Source: the human T2T-CHM13v2.0 reference genome, Homo sapiens. From it: a DNA stretch of 64,000 bases. The translations under genes and the position numbers were made by a program. The DNA lies in the NCBI RefSeq assembly GCF_009914755.1, contig NC_060931.1. One strand, given 5' to 3'. Position 1 is the stretch's first letter. Each line of letters opens with the position of its first letter. Shown in pieces: positions 15,384 to 27,705 of the stretch. Under the pieces are notes generated by a model. The model searched no databases. It saw nothing but the letters and a program-made list of their open reading frames with translations, and was not told the DNA's origin.

Positions 15384-15580
15384 GTCTATCCAAATTTTAA
15401 GCCTCAGGTGTCAAGGAATAGAAAGGTAAGAAAATGTTAAACTGGATGATTAGTATAAATTGTATTAAAGAACTTATACTACCATAAAATAATCCCTATA
15501 TTCCTTCCCACTAACCTACTGTACCTTAAGAAAAAGGAATCATGTCTATGAATCTTGAAATCCAGCACTTAATGTTTGCT

Positions 15581-15624
15581 GATGGATGGATGGATGGATG
15601 GATGGATGGATGGATGGATGGATG
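15581..15624 (+). repeat. (GATG)11 microsatellite, followed by GA-rich low-complexity sequence to about 15760
   Basis: Direct reading. It appears to have grown out of an L2-type 3' tail (aatgtttgctgatg). Confidence 0.95.
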
Positions 15625-15811
15625 AAATGAAGGAAGGAAGGAGGGAAGAAAGAAAGGAGGGAAAGAAGAAACGAATGAAATAAGGCAAGGGAGGGGAGGG
15701 AAAGAAGGGAGAGGAACAGAGAGAGAGAGATGGAGAAATGAGGGGAGAGAAAGAGGGAGGAAATACTTTTATTTTACAACCACCATATCACTGGAATAGG
15801 AAAACTGAATA

Positions 15812-18139
15812 CAGGCATACTTTGGAGATACTGCAGGTTTGGTTTCACACTATCACAATAAAGTGAGTCATGCAAACTTTTTGGTTTCCCAGTGCGTATA
15901 AAAGTCATGTTTATAATACACTGTAGTCTGTTAAGCGTGCAATAGCATTATGTCAAAAAAAGTACATAATCTTAATTTAAAAATACTTTATCACTAAAAA
16001 ATGCTAACAATCATCTGAGCCTTCAGCAAGTCACACTGGTGGAGGGTCTTATCTCGATATTGATGGCTGCGGTGGTGGCCAAATGGCATGGCTATGACAA
16101 TTTCTTAAATAAGACAACAATGAAGTTTGCCACATCAATTCATTCTCAGGGGAGAGTTTTCAGTAGCATGTGATGCTGTTTAATAGCATTTACATAGAGT
16201 AAAACTTCTTTCAAAATTCAAAATTATCTCAAACTCTGCTGCTGCTTTACCAATTAAGTTCATGTATTATAATATTCTTAGTTCTTTCCTGTCATTTCAG
16301 CAATATTCACATCATCTTTACCAACAGTAGACTCTATCTCAAGAAACCACTTTCTTTGCTCATCATCTGTTCAAGTTTGCTCCTCAAACATTAAAAGTTT
16401 CATCATGAGATTGCTGCAATTCAGTTCCATCTTTGGGCTCCACTTCTAATTCGAGTTCTGTTGCTATTTCCACCACATCTGCAACTCCTTCCTCCACTGA
16501 AGTGTTGAACCCTTTCAAGCCATCCATAATTGGAATTAACTTCTTCCAAACTCCTGTTAACTGATATTTTGACCTCTTCCCATGAATCACGAATGTTCTT
16601 AATGGCATCTAGAATGGTAACTCTTGCCCGGAAGGTTTTCAATGTACTTTTCCCAGATCATTCAAGAGAAATCACTATCTATGGCAGATATGGCCTTATA
16701 ATACGTATTTCTTAAATAGTAAGACTTGAGGGTCAAAATTACTCCTTGATCCACAGGCTGTAGAATGGACATTAGCAGGCATGAAATTATTAATCTCCCT
16801 GTACATCTCCATCAGAGCTCTTGGGTGACTAGGTGCACTGTCAATGAGCAGTAATACTTTAAATGGAAAATGTTTTTTGTGAGAGGTAGATCTCAACAGT
16901 AGGCTTAAAATATTCAGTAAACCAGGCTGTAAACAGACGTGCTACCATCCAGGCTTTGGTGTTCCATTTATAGCACACGGGCAGAGTTGACTTAGCATAA
17001 TTCTGCAGGACCCTAGGATTTTTGGAATGGTAAGTGGGCACTGGCTTCAACTTCAAGTCATCAGCTGCATTAGCACCTAACAAGAGTCAGCCTGTCCTTT
17101 GGGGCTTTGAAGCCAGGCCCTGACTTCTCCTCTCTAGCTAAGAAAAGTTCTAGACAGAATCTTCTTCCGATAGAAGGCTGTTTCACCTTCATTGAAAATC
17201 TGTTGTTCAGTGTAGTCACCTTCATCAATGACAGTAGGCAGATTTTCTGGATACCTTGCTCCAGCTTCCACATCAGCACCTAGTGCTTTATCTTGCATTT
17301 TTATGTTATGGAGATGGCTGCTTTCCATAAACCTCATGATCAACCTGTGATAGCTTCCAATGCTTCCTCTGAAGCTTCCTTGCCTCTTTCAGCCTTCGTA
17401 GAACTTAAGAAAATTAGGGTCTTACTCTAGATTAGGCTGTGGCTTAAGGGAATGTTGTGGCTGGTCTGATATTCCACCAAACCACGAATCTTTCTCCACA
17501 GCAGTAATAAAGCTGTTTCACTTTCTTATCATTGATGTGTTCACTGGAGTAGCACTTTTAATTTCCTTCAAGAACACTTCCTTTGCATTCACAACTTGGC
17601 CAATTGTTTGGTGCAAACGGCACAGCTTTTAGCTTACCTAGGCTTTGCACATATCCTTCTCATTAAGCTTAATCATTTCTAGCTTTTGATTTAAAGAAAG
17701 ATGTGTGACTCTTCCTTTCAATTGAACACTCAGAGGTCATTGTAGGGTTATTAATTGGCCTAATTTTAGTATTGTTGCGTCTCAGGGAATAAGGAGGCCT
17801 CTCAGGGGAGGGAAAAGAGATGGGGAAATGGCTGATGGGTGGAGGAGTCAGAACACACACGTAACAGTTATCAATTAAGTTCAGCTTTTTATATGGGTGT
17901 GGTCTGTGGTGTCCCAAAACAATTACAATAGTAACATCAAAGATCACATCATAGATCACCATAGCATATATAACAACAAAGAAAAAGTTTGAAATATTAT
18001 GGGAACTACCAAAATGTGGCACAGAGACACTAAGTGAGCACATGCTTTGGGAAAAATGGCACTAATCAACTTCCTTAATGCAGGGTTGCCACAAACTTTA
18101 AATTTGTATTTTTTTAAAAAGGCAAATGAAGTATGTCTG
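15812..18139 (-). mobile_element. Near full-length Tigger1 (pogo-like DNA transposon) with decayed transposase
   Basis: TIRs caggcatac… (15812) and …gtatgtctg (18139), each flanked by a TA duplication. Minus-strand ORF fragments ([13 protein letters not shown]…NYAKSTLPV…KAWM, KVLLLIDSAPSHPRAL, ILDAIKNIRDSWEEVK) are Tigger1/TIGD1 transposase. Confidence 0.95.
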
Positions 18140-19055
18140 TACTGTGATTTGTCCATCTGGCACCTCTTGGACAAATAAGAGAAATGTACCCCAAGTCTAA
18201 AACAAAGATAAAAACTTACATTCTCTGGATACTTGTTGAGGAACCAGAATACCATCCTCTTTCCATGCCGAGATATGTACCAATTTTTTAAAAAAATAAA
18301 TGGCAATATGATGAACCTGGATTTCCAACTAAAACAGTGATTCAACACATTGCAAAGACCCTAAATAAAATATAAAAACTTCTGAAAACTCTTGTATTAT
18401 CCTGCATAACATCCTTCCCAGAATAAACACTATTTTCAAATACAATGTCAGCACGATCTCTACTCATTGCAAAGATGAGCTCCAACCATAGACCCCATTC
18501 ATTAAAACTTCATAGGGTAAAAGAAACCATTAAAATGAATTTCAATTTGTCAGATAAGGAGGATTATGGTACAAAGATGCTTTAAATACCTAATAAAATT
18601 ATGCCAAACATACTGGAAAGCAGTATTGTGTACCTGGGGGTCTAAACCTGAGAAATAATTATATGGCGTGAGAAAAACAAGTGATGACCCATGCTAAGGA
18701 TGAGGAGTGAACATATGTCCCAAAGCTCCAGAAGAGTTACTTGAACTTTTTTAGCTGTACCTAACTGCTGCCATCTCGGCAGACTGTCCACAGTAGAGAA
18801 ACCTTCAGATAACAAAGGCTTTTCCTGTTTTAATCATGGGGAAGAGGTTGGAGGACAGCAGGGGGACTGGAAACCTAAAACCAGGAAGGAGAATTCACCC
18901 CAAGGTGGTGGTTGGGGGGAACACCACAAAAACTGGGGACTCAGTGCAAAGATGACAGGTGCAAATAACAGCAATCAGGCCTTCTCTGTTTTAATAGGGG
19001 AACAGATTAACAAAAGCAGGAAAGGGACCATGGAGGTGGTGAATACAGATCCATC

Positions 19056-19551
19056 CGTGGCCGACTGCCATGGTTACTATTTTGAGATCGTCATTACAGC
19101 AGTTACTATTGTTACTGCTTGAGACCATCATTACAAGACTGAAGGAAGGGAGGAACCTAGAAATGAAAACTTAAGACAAAAGAAACTGTTTTAAAGGAAG
19201 GGGAACCAGGGAAGAAGAAGAGAGCTTCCTGCTTCTAACGAGCAAAGGCAGCCCCCGAGCTTCTACCACTGTTCCTATTTATTGGGTAGCAAGAGCAGGG
19301 AGGAGGAGGTAACGATTGGTTAGCTGCTTAATTGATCACAGGTTCAGATTATTGCTAACAGACTTCAGATGTGCCTAATCACAAGAAACACTTGTGCCTG
19401 GGTCGTGACTGCCCTCAGCATTCCTTCTGGGTAGCGCAGTTTGTCATTTTGCCAACATCCTGCTTTCATGAGAACAGTTTGCTGTTTACTCATATAGCCT
19501 CCAGTGGTATAGTGAGTTGATCACGACCCCTCATTCTTTCGGCCTGTAACA
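19056..19551 (-). mobile_element. Solo ERV LTR, probably LTR3 (HERV-K3/HML-6)
   Basis: Minus strand starts TGTTACAGGCCGAAAGAATGAGGGGTCGTGATCAACTC and ends …GGCAGTCGGCCACG. Flanks tccatc/accatc form a TSD. Family name is from memory. Confidence 0.75.
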
Positions 19552-19759
19552 ACCATCAACTGCACAACCTTGTGGACAGGAACCATTTCCAATCTATGGA
19601 CAACGTTAAAGGAGGAACTTTCACCCAATTCATATTAAAACATTTATGTGGCCCATGCACATATTATTTAACTTTGGTAGAACACTGAACCAGAGGGCCC
19701 ACTCAGCCCCTTTCTGGCTAATGCAATCCCATTCCAAGTACAACCTCTCAAAAAGTCTG

Positions 19760-19995
19760 TGTTGTGTGGCTTAGAGAGTATGTGAGCTTAGACTGCCAGG
19801 GTTCACTTCCTGGTTTTGCCACTTACTATTCCCGCGACCTTGGATAAAGTACATACCCTTACTGTGTCTCACTGTACTTGTCTAAAACATGAGGATAACA
19901 CTCCTAGAAAGCTGGAAAGGTTTAATTAAGTAACTCAGCATTGCAGTGCTAGCAAACACATTGACATACATACAAGAAAACTTGCAATAAATGTT
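19760..19995 (+). mobile_element. MIR fragment
   Basis: agactgccagggttc…ccacttact…gaccttggataaagtac…caataaatgtta. Confidence 0.6.
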
Positions 19996-22900
19996 ACTCT
20001 TCATTTTGAATAGCTTGGTAGGATTGTTAGTGTTGACTTGGGTTTGGGATAGGCTTGAGGAAAGGTGTGTAAAGTCACAGAGAGAATCATGGATGCATTT
20101 TCACTGGATAAGGAATTTTTAAAATACTTCAATACTCACTGACCAGATTCATAAGGCTTATTTACTATTCCTCTAGGAGAAAAAGAATTAGAGTCACTCT
20201 TGAAACCAGAGTGTCATTTGAACTCAACATAGAACTGATCTGCTAACAAAGTACAGACCAAAATAAGCACTGTCTGCCAGACTTGGCAAGACAGATACTA
20301 TACTTGAAAAGCAAACCTGGCACTTTCTGAAAAGATAGTGAAGAATACACTAGAGCAATAAATGACATGGAGCCAATGCAAGAGATTTAGGTAACGAGTG
20401 TTCAACAGGATCTGCCAGCAGGCTTCTCCCCCAGGTAGATGAAACACATGGCTCTTTTGGGTCCCTGCTCACGTAGCATCTAATCGGAGGCCTCGCTATC
20501 CAAAACAGCATCACGCACACCTACCCACCATACACATACCATCATTTTCTCTCCTCTTATTGAGTCATTTTTCTTCATAGAACCCATCACCACTTGACAT
20601 AAAATATATTTGTTATTGACTACCTCACATTAATGAATTGTCAGCTCTACAGAACCAGAGGAATTTCTGTCTGCTTTGCTCTCTGCTATATCCCCAGAAC
20701 CTAAAATGGAGCTTGCCACATAGTAGGTTCTAAATAAATATTTATGAAATGAACAACTACTAGTGCAAAAAATAACACTAAAAAATAAAAAGACATTTGG
20801 CAAAAGTCTTAAACTGTTAGAAACAAGGGTATTAAATTACATTAAAATGTTGTTAAAGTCATACCTTTTAAAACCTTAAAGCCTTAAAAGGTATTACTTT
20901 TTAAAGCTTTATAAAAGTCCAAAAAATTATTTGAAAGTATTCTAAATTACAGATGAGACTAAGAAATTAGAGAATAGTTATTCTTGAATTCAGCAAAACT
21001 TACAGAACTTACAGAGGTAGGTTTTTGAGAAAATATGGTTTAGAATTTTTATTTCAGTTGCTGATTGTTGATTGAAATCAGCAAACCCTTCTCTCTCCTT
21101 AAAACGTCCACAGATAAAGAAAGTTACTAATACAATAATAGAAATACATTAAAGTCAATATTCCAGGTTACTTAAAATATGTATCATGCACATACAGAAT
21201 TTTATTGCTTTTACTAATTTTAGAGTAAATGAATGATGAGAAAGTATAAGGCAGAAAGACTTATACCAATACCCTGTTATGCTATGTGGATAAACTTCAA
21301 AAGAAAAAATTTTCTCAAAAGAAAAATGATTTTCTCTGGATAATGAGGGGATCCAGAAAGTACATTATATAAAATAGGCTATGGGAAATGTTTTAACTGC
21401 AGAGTGGGTGTTCACAGTGGCAAGTTAGCAGGTATTTTTACCATATTTCGTACCACAGAGAAAATGAGAAAGAAAAACAATTTAAAACAGTTGTTATGCC
21501 TTTATCTTTACACTGTAGCATACTCCAATAAAAAAGACGTTCACCCACAATTGACAAGCTAGGTTTAATCCTTATAATGCCCATAATTTTATACTGTAAC
21601 AACTGCATACTTCAGTCATGAACACAATACACTTTGACTTAAGGGATTAAAAATACAAATAAGATCCACAAATATAAAAAATAATTTAAAAGGCCTAACT
21701 AACCAATATTCGTTGCTTTTTGCTTTTTAGGTAGAAGCAGCAAAGCTGACGGGAAGTTGTGGGAGGAACATAAAAATAAATTTAAATTACAAGAGAAAAA
21801 AATTATTAGATGTTTATACAGATCTTTTTGAAAAGTTATTGCTTGATGACTTAAAGACTGGAGTTTTTTGTCATTTAATTTTAATGAAATTAAAATTTCA
21901 ACAAGATTAGGCATTCTCTAAACTCAGAATGCCTTTTGAGTAATTTAGTCAAAAAAATTACATTCTTAAAAAAGGTTAACACAGCCGTCTGTGAAGGTTT
22001 TCTGAGCTGGCCAACATATGCTGAGACCTTTAGTTTTATAACGAAAAGGGCTTTGGTGATTTTGCTCTTTGGTGAGTCCTTTTAATAGACTCTTGCATAA
22101 GTTGCACAAAATGATGAGATGTGCCAGAATTAAGTCTGACCCAGTACATTTTTCTTTAGAAATGAAAATTTCATTTCTAAAGAAAATTGATATAAACATC
22201 CCAATGTCATTTTGCCAAAGCCAAGACCCCAGAATTGTTTTGTGCCTCTGGAATAGAATCCAAATGAAAAGCTTGGTTTTCAAGAAAAGACCTTTTAACC
22301 AGGACTATTCACAATTGTGAACACTGTCCCACAAAGCTCAGTGGCTGTCGGAGAGTAACTGCTGTGCGACTTTCCCCAGGGCTCCTTGCTCTTGCCCACC
22401 ACAGCCTGGTGACCCACCCTCACCCAAGCTTTCATGTTTGCTTCCTCTTGTTGTCCATTTCATCTTAATGGAGAAGATGGAAAATATAACTCAGTCTGTA
22501 CTTACTCGATGTTAACAACAACAAAAAAAAACTGACCCAAAATGCATCACGAAAAAGCAAATCCTTGTTCTGCACTGATATCCTAAGTCAGACACTTCTG
22601 ATGGAACATTCAAACACAAAACTAAAAATTCCAGAAGACATGCTCACATTACATTATTAGAGGGCACCTGTATAGCATTTCCTCTGATGCTAAGGTCTCC
22701 TACAGTCCCACAGTCCCCACACCCTGGCTACTTCCTTAACACTGCCATCCCCAAATGTCACAACCACAACCTCTAGAACCTGGTTTCTTCTCTGTGTACC
22801 TACTTCCTTGGTCTGGAAGAGCTAGACTGCAATATTACAATACCATAGAATTTAATAAACATACCAAAGGATTGAATATGCAGAAGTGAAAGCTCAACCA

Positions 22901-23116
22901 GCTCTGTTCTTTTTTTAAATTTCCCACTCATTAGCTAGGGTGATTCAACAAAACAGATGCAGATTCAAACCAGCCTCTGCTCAAAAGATGACAGAAAGAC
23001 CTAAGCTTATGTGCACTAAATTATCAGACTTCTAACTTTGATATACACAATTTGCCAAATTCGAAAGCAAATATATATATAAGATAAATCTGCTGCCCCC
23101 ACCCTCCATGACTTGC

Positions 23117-23397
23117 TTTAGAGTCAGGATCTCGCTCTGTTGCCCAGGCTGGAGTGCAGCGACATAATGGCTCACTGCAGCCTTGACCTTCTGGGCTCAG
23201 CTGATCCTCCTCCTTCAGTTTCCCGAGTAGCTGGGACCACAGGCACACACCACCATGCTTGGCAATTTTTTTTATTTTTTGTAGAGGCAAGGTCTCACTT
23301 TGTTGCCCAAGCTTGTCTCAAACTTCTGGGCTCAGCGAGCCTCCTGCCTCAGCCTCCCAAAGTGCTGGGATTATAGGCATGAGCCACCATACCTGGC
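23117..23397 (-). mobile_element. AluJ
   Basis: ctcactgcagccttgaccttctgggctcagctgatcctcc (J-type). Confidence 0.92.
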
Positions 23398-23584
23398 AGA
23401 GAAATCCCATTTCATCAAATAAAATGATATGCATGAAAGAGTTCTGAAAAACCTGAAAGATTATATAAGCTTAATTGTAGGTTTAATTATTGTATCTATA
23501 TTATAAAAACAGTTTTATGGTTGAGCCAATAATTCCATTCCTTCTGGCAAAATTCAATATAACATTTCAATATAACAAAATAAT

Positions 23585-23886
23585 GGCCGGGCACAGGGAC
23601 TCATGCCTGTAATCCCAGCACTTTGGGAGGCCAAAGTGGGCAGATTGCTTGAGCTCACAAGTTTGAGACCAGCTTGGGCAACGTGGCAAAACCCCGTCTC
23701 TAAAAAAATACAAAAATTAGCCCGGTGTGATGGCACGTGCATGTAGTCTCAGGTATTCAGGAGGCTGAAGTGGGAGGATTGCTTGAGCCTGGGAGGCAGA
23801 GGTTGCGGTGAACAGAGATCACGCCACTGTACTCCAGCCTGGGTGACACTGCGAGACCTATCTCACCAAAAAAAAAAAAAAAAAAA
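23585..23886 (+). mobile_element. AluJ (Jb-like)
   Basis: Full Alu dimer with A tail. Confidence 0.93.
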
Positions 23887-25346
23887 GATAAATACTTCAA
23901 ATAGAATTCAACCTGTGTTTCCAGATTCAATCCCTCTACTCTATTCTAGGGCTTTCTCCCCGCAACAAGCTACCTCAAACAGCTGTATAATTATCAACCT
24001 CCTAGAGACTGGTGCTGATAACTGATATTTATCCTAATTTAGTATGTATAAATTAACACATAATATTTTATTTAATCTCCACATCCCCAAGGAAGTACAA
24101 TATGAAGGCCACTTTACAGATGAGGGATCTGAGGGTCAAACAGGTTACATGATTTATCTAAGAATAAATAGCCAATAACTAGGAGGTCTAATATATGAAT
24201 CCATATCCACTTGTCTATATTTGGGAGGGCCACCCCAACACAAATCAATTGCAGGAACCTAAACAGACAAACACCCACTCACTTGCCTAGAACTTATCTG
24301 ATGAGATAATCATAACTAGGTAAATAGTGCCACCATTCCCTTTCCCAACCACGTAAAAACAATTTTCAAGCCTCTAGGTTTCTGTTTCATTGCTTGAAAA
24401 AAGTGTAATTTTATACTAGATGAATGCTAACGTTTCAAGGAGCAGTATACTTTTGTGTATCTATAAAATATTCCATTTCACTGACATATTATCCAGGTTG
24501 TTGTATCAATATTAGTTTTAATGATATAGGCTTAAAATATCAGCAGTCTTGTTTTATTGTCTGGCAAGACTTGAAGCACAGAATTTCATCATAATTACAG
24601 TGTCCATTTGGCTATTTCTAGAGGAATATTCGTTCAAAACTATCTTTTGCATAATTACTCTTAAATAGCTAGAGTCTAACTGATATTTCCATAAATTTAG
24701 TTACTTTATATAACTTGAGCCTCTATTTAGACTAAAATATACTTTTGTCTTTCTGGCATTAATCTTTTGGGAAATAAGTTCAGGGTCAAATCCAAATGAT
24801 ACATAATATAATTTTTTAATGTACCCAACAGCAAAATGGCAGTCTCTGTCTTTAATTACATACTATTGAATTTTAACAAATAGTTCTAGGGACGTCTGCC
24901 AAATTTCCACAATTTAGAGTAACTACACCATGAGAGAATAGACAGTTCACAATTTATTATGGGTTATTTTTCTTGAGCTACAGAAGTGCTCGTTGTAGTT
25001 CTAGTTACATTTTCATTTTAATGATAATGAGGATAAACAGATAAGCAGACAAATCTTCTCAACACGTGGACTGCTTGCCCAAGGAGACAACCCCTCAGTC
25101 AGTGCTACTCCGTTCTCACTTCTATTTCCGCTGCCCACGTCACATCACAGATCGTCCATGAAGGCAAGGTGGAAACTACACTATGATTAAGTTCTAGAAA
25201 TTCTAATATTAGGAAGTAGCAAGCAAGGAGGAGTGATGAGATGTTACAGGTAAACTGTGTCTGCTTCAGTGACTGTGTGTCACAGGTACCTACCATGCAT
25301 AATATCTGCACACACAGTAGATGCTCAACATCCCCTCATCATCTAC

Positions 25347-25461
25347 AACTCATCACAAGTATTATAAACAAAATGTGACTATAATCAAGAGAGGTATAAA
25401 GCATTATGGATGTATTTGTCAATTATACAAAACAAACAAAAATAAAGTTGGGGAAAAAAAA
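25347..25461 (+). repeat. ~115-bp dispersed direct repeat, copy 1 (copy 2 at 34229-34343)
   Basis: atcacaagtattataaacaaaatgtg…gaggtataaagcattatgga…tatttgtcaattatacaa…caaacaaaaataaagttggg is shared by both copies. Confidence 0.9.
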
Positions 25462-26339
25462 GTAAAAATAAGGGGATGCCCAACACAGGCAGAGCAATCT
25501 GCAGAGAGAACGCAAGCATGGAGATCTCCTAGGAAGGAATGCTGTGGCAGGAGATGGACAAGAATCTGCCATCGAGGAAGGTTAAAAGTACGGCTGGCTT
25601 GAGGGTAGTTAATTGAGTGGTACATGTACTGAAGGTCATTAATTACTAAAGTTAATTTTGAGGCAGAGCCTGGGGAAGTTGAAGTTCAAATAGTTCTAGG
25701 ATAGGAGAAACATCTCTGACCTGAAACGAGAGAGTTGAAACAAGTGCACACTCAGTCTTAGAATGGAAAGTGACAGTAAACTTGTGTGACTAAACCTAAA
25801 TTTGCAGGAAGTTATGCCCCAGGATTCCACAGGTACAATCCGCATAGCAAGCTAAGCGTGCTGGGCTGCTGTGGACACCATGGTTCAAGGCTACTTAAGA
25901 GCTACTAGTTGCCATCTCAGAAAGTGTCATCACCTTTACCTGGGCTGATTTGGCTTCGCTTGTGACTTCAATTTCTGGTTATATTTCCCCACAGTACAGG
26001 GCCAGCTTCTTTTCTCTGCATCCCCTCAGAGGAATAAGACCCAGTTCACAGATCCTTTACAATTTCCTTACTTTCAGCACCTTTCCTATCAATTTAGCCT
26101 ATACGCTATAGCCGTACTAATTAACTGTATCTAATCATGCCCTGTAATAAAGCTGGTTCAACTTCTCTTTAAACAAGATTCACTATTAAATAAAACAATG
26201 GGCGCTTAGCTTATGGAAGAAAACCAAGTATGAATGTTGCTGAGGGAAACTCAGTTGAGAATCTGTTACTTGACTCTAGTGGTTCTAAACAAAAAATGTC
26301 AGGCCCACCTCCACCAAAAATCTTTTTAAAGAGGGGGAG

Positions 26340-26630
26340 GGCCGGACTCGGTGGCTTATGCCTGTAATCTCAGCACTTAGGGAGGCCGAGGCAGGTAGAT
26401 CACTTGAGGTCAGCTCGACATCAGCCGGGCAGACATGGTGAAATCCCATCTCTACAAATTAGCCAGTCATGGTGGTGCACGCTTGTAATCCCAGCTACTC
26501 GGGAGGCTGAGGCAGCAGAATCCTGAACTGAGGAGATGGAGGTTGCAGTGAGCCGAGATCGCACCACTGCACTCCAGCCTGGGCGACAGAGAGAGATTCT
26601 GTCTCAAAAATTAAATAAATAAATAAAAAT
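26340..26630 (+). mobile_element. AluS with small internal deletions
   Basis: TSD aagagggggag at 26329-26339 and 26632-26642. The middle A-rich linker is mostly deleted. Confidence 0.93.
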
Positions 26631-26929
26631 GAAGAGGGGGAGGATGAAAAGGGGAGTGGAATCATATGAGACTGAAAGTGAAAATTTAATAGTCCACCAC
26701 TGGTGACACAGAGGGAGAGGCCATTGGTGAGGAGGAAGACAGAGGCCTGGGTGCACCAGCTAAGAATCCCAGGTCAAGTTACTCAATGTCTTTCAGACTC
26801 AACAAATCAACTGGTTGCCTGGCAAAGAAATACCTTCCCCTAATGGTTTGTTCTAGGGATAGAATACAGTATTATGTTAACTAATTTCAAGCACTGCCTA
26901 GCTTATAATAATCCCTCAATTCATGGTAA

Positions 26930-27094
<165 letters not shown>

Positions 27095-27594
27095 TAATGA
27101 TGACGTTGATGGTACTGACACTGATATTACTATTTCTTTCCCAACAATCTTGGAACAAGGATGTACACAATGCATAGTACCCAGGGGCACTCTGTCACTC
27201 AAAACCAGGTTTTGGGATAATATATGAAGTTGGGCATTCTATTTAGGTTAAAGATTGTGGATAAAATTGATATCATCATCATCATCATCATTATTCACCT
27301 TCTCCCCAGTCATGTAAAAGTAATGGATAAGAACATCACTTAGACAAATAATTTAATTTATTTCAAAAGCTTGCTTGAGGAGTAGTAATTACACTGATGT
27401 TTAATTTTACATAAATAAGGTATGTTGTTGCATTAATAGCAGAAGTTAGCATGACTGGAGCAAAAGGACCCTCACCTAAATTTCAGAAAACCTGCAGAAT
27501 AAGGTCTAACTTGAGACGAGCTGCCCACTAAGCAATTTGGAAGATGCATCTCTAGGCTACGTGGACATTTTTGACCCGCTGAAAATGCCTTCAT

Positions 27595-27705
27595 CATTCA
27601 TTCGACAAATATTTAACAAGCACCTGCTAAGTGCCAAGTACTGGTCTAGGTAATAGGGATACAGCAGGGAACAGACAAGGTCCCTGCTTTTATAGAGTTT
27701 ATACA
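27595..27705 (-). mobile_element. L2 3' end
   Basis: cattcattcgacaaatattt…gtgccaagtactgg…gatacagcaggga…gtccctgc. Confidence 0.7.

Noticed and set aside
16384-17343. Transposase-like ORFs suggesting a TIGD gene
   Set aside because: Fragmented over several frames within a decayed Tigger1.
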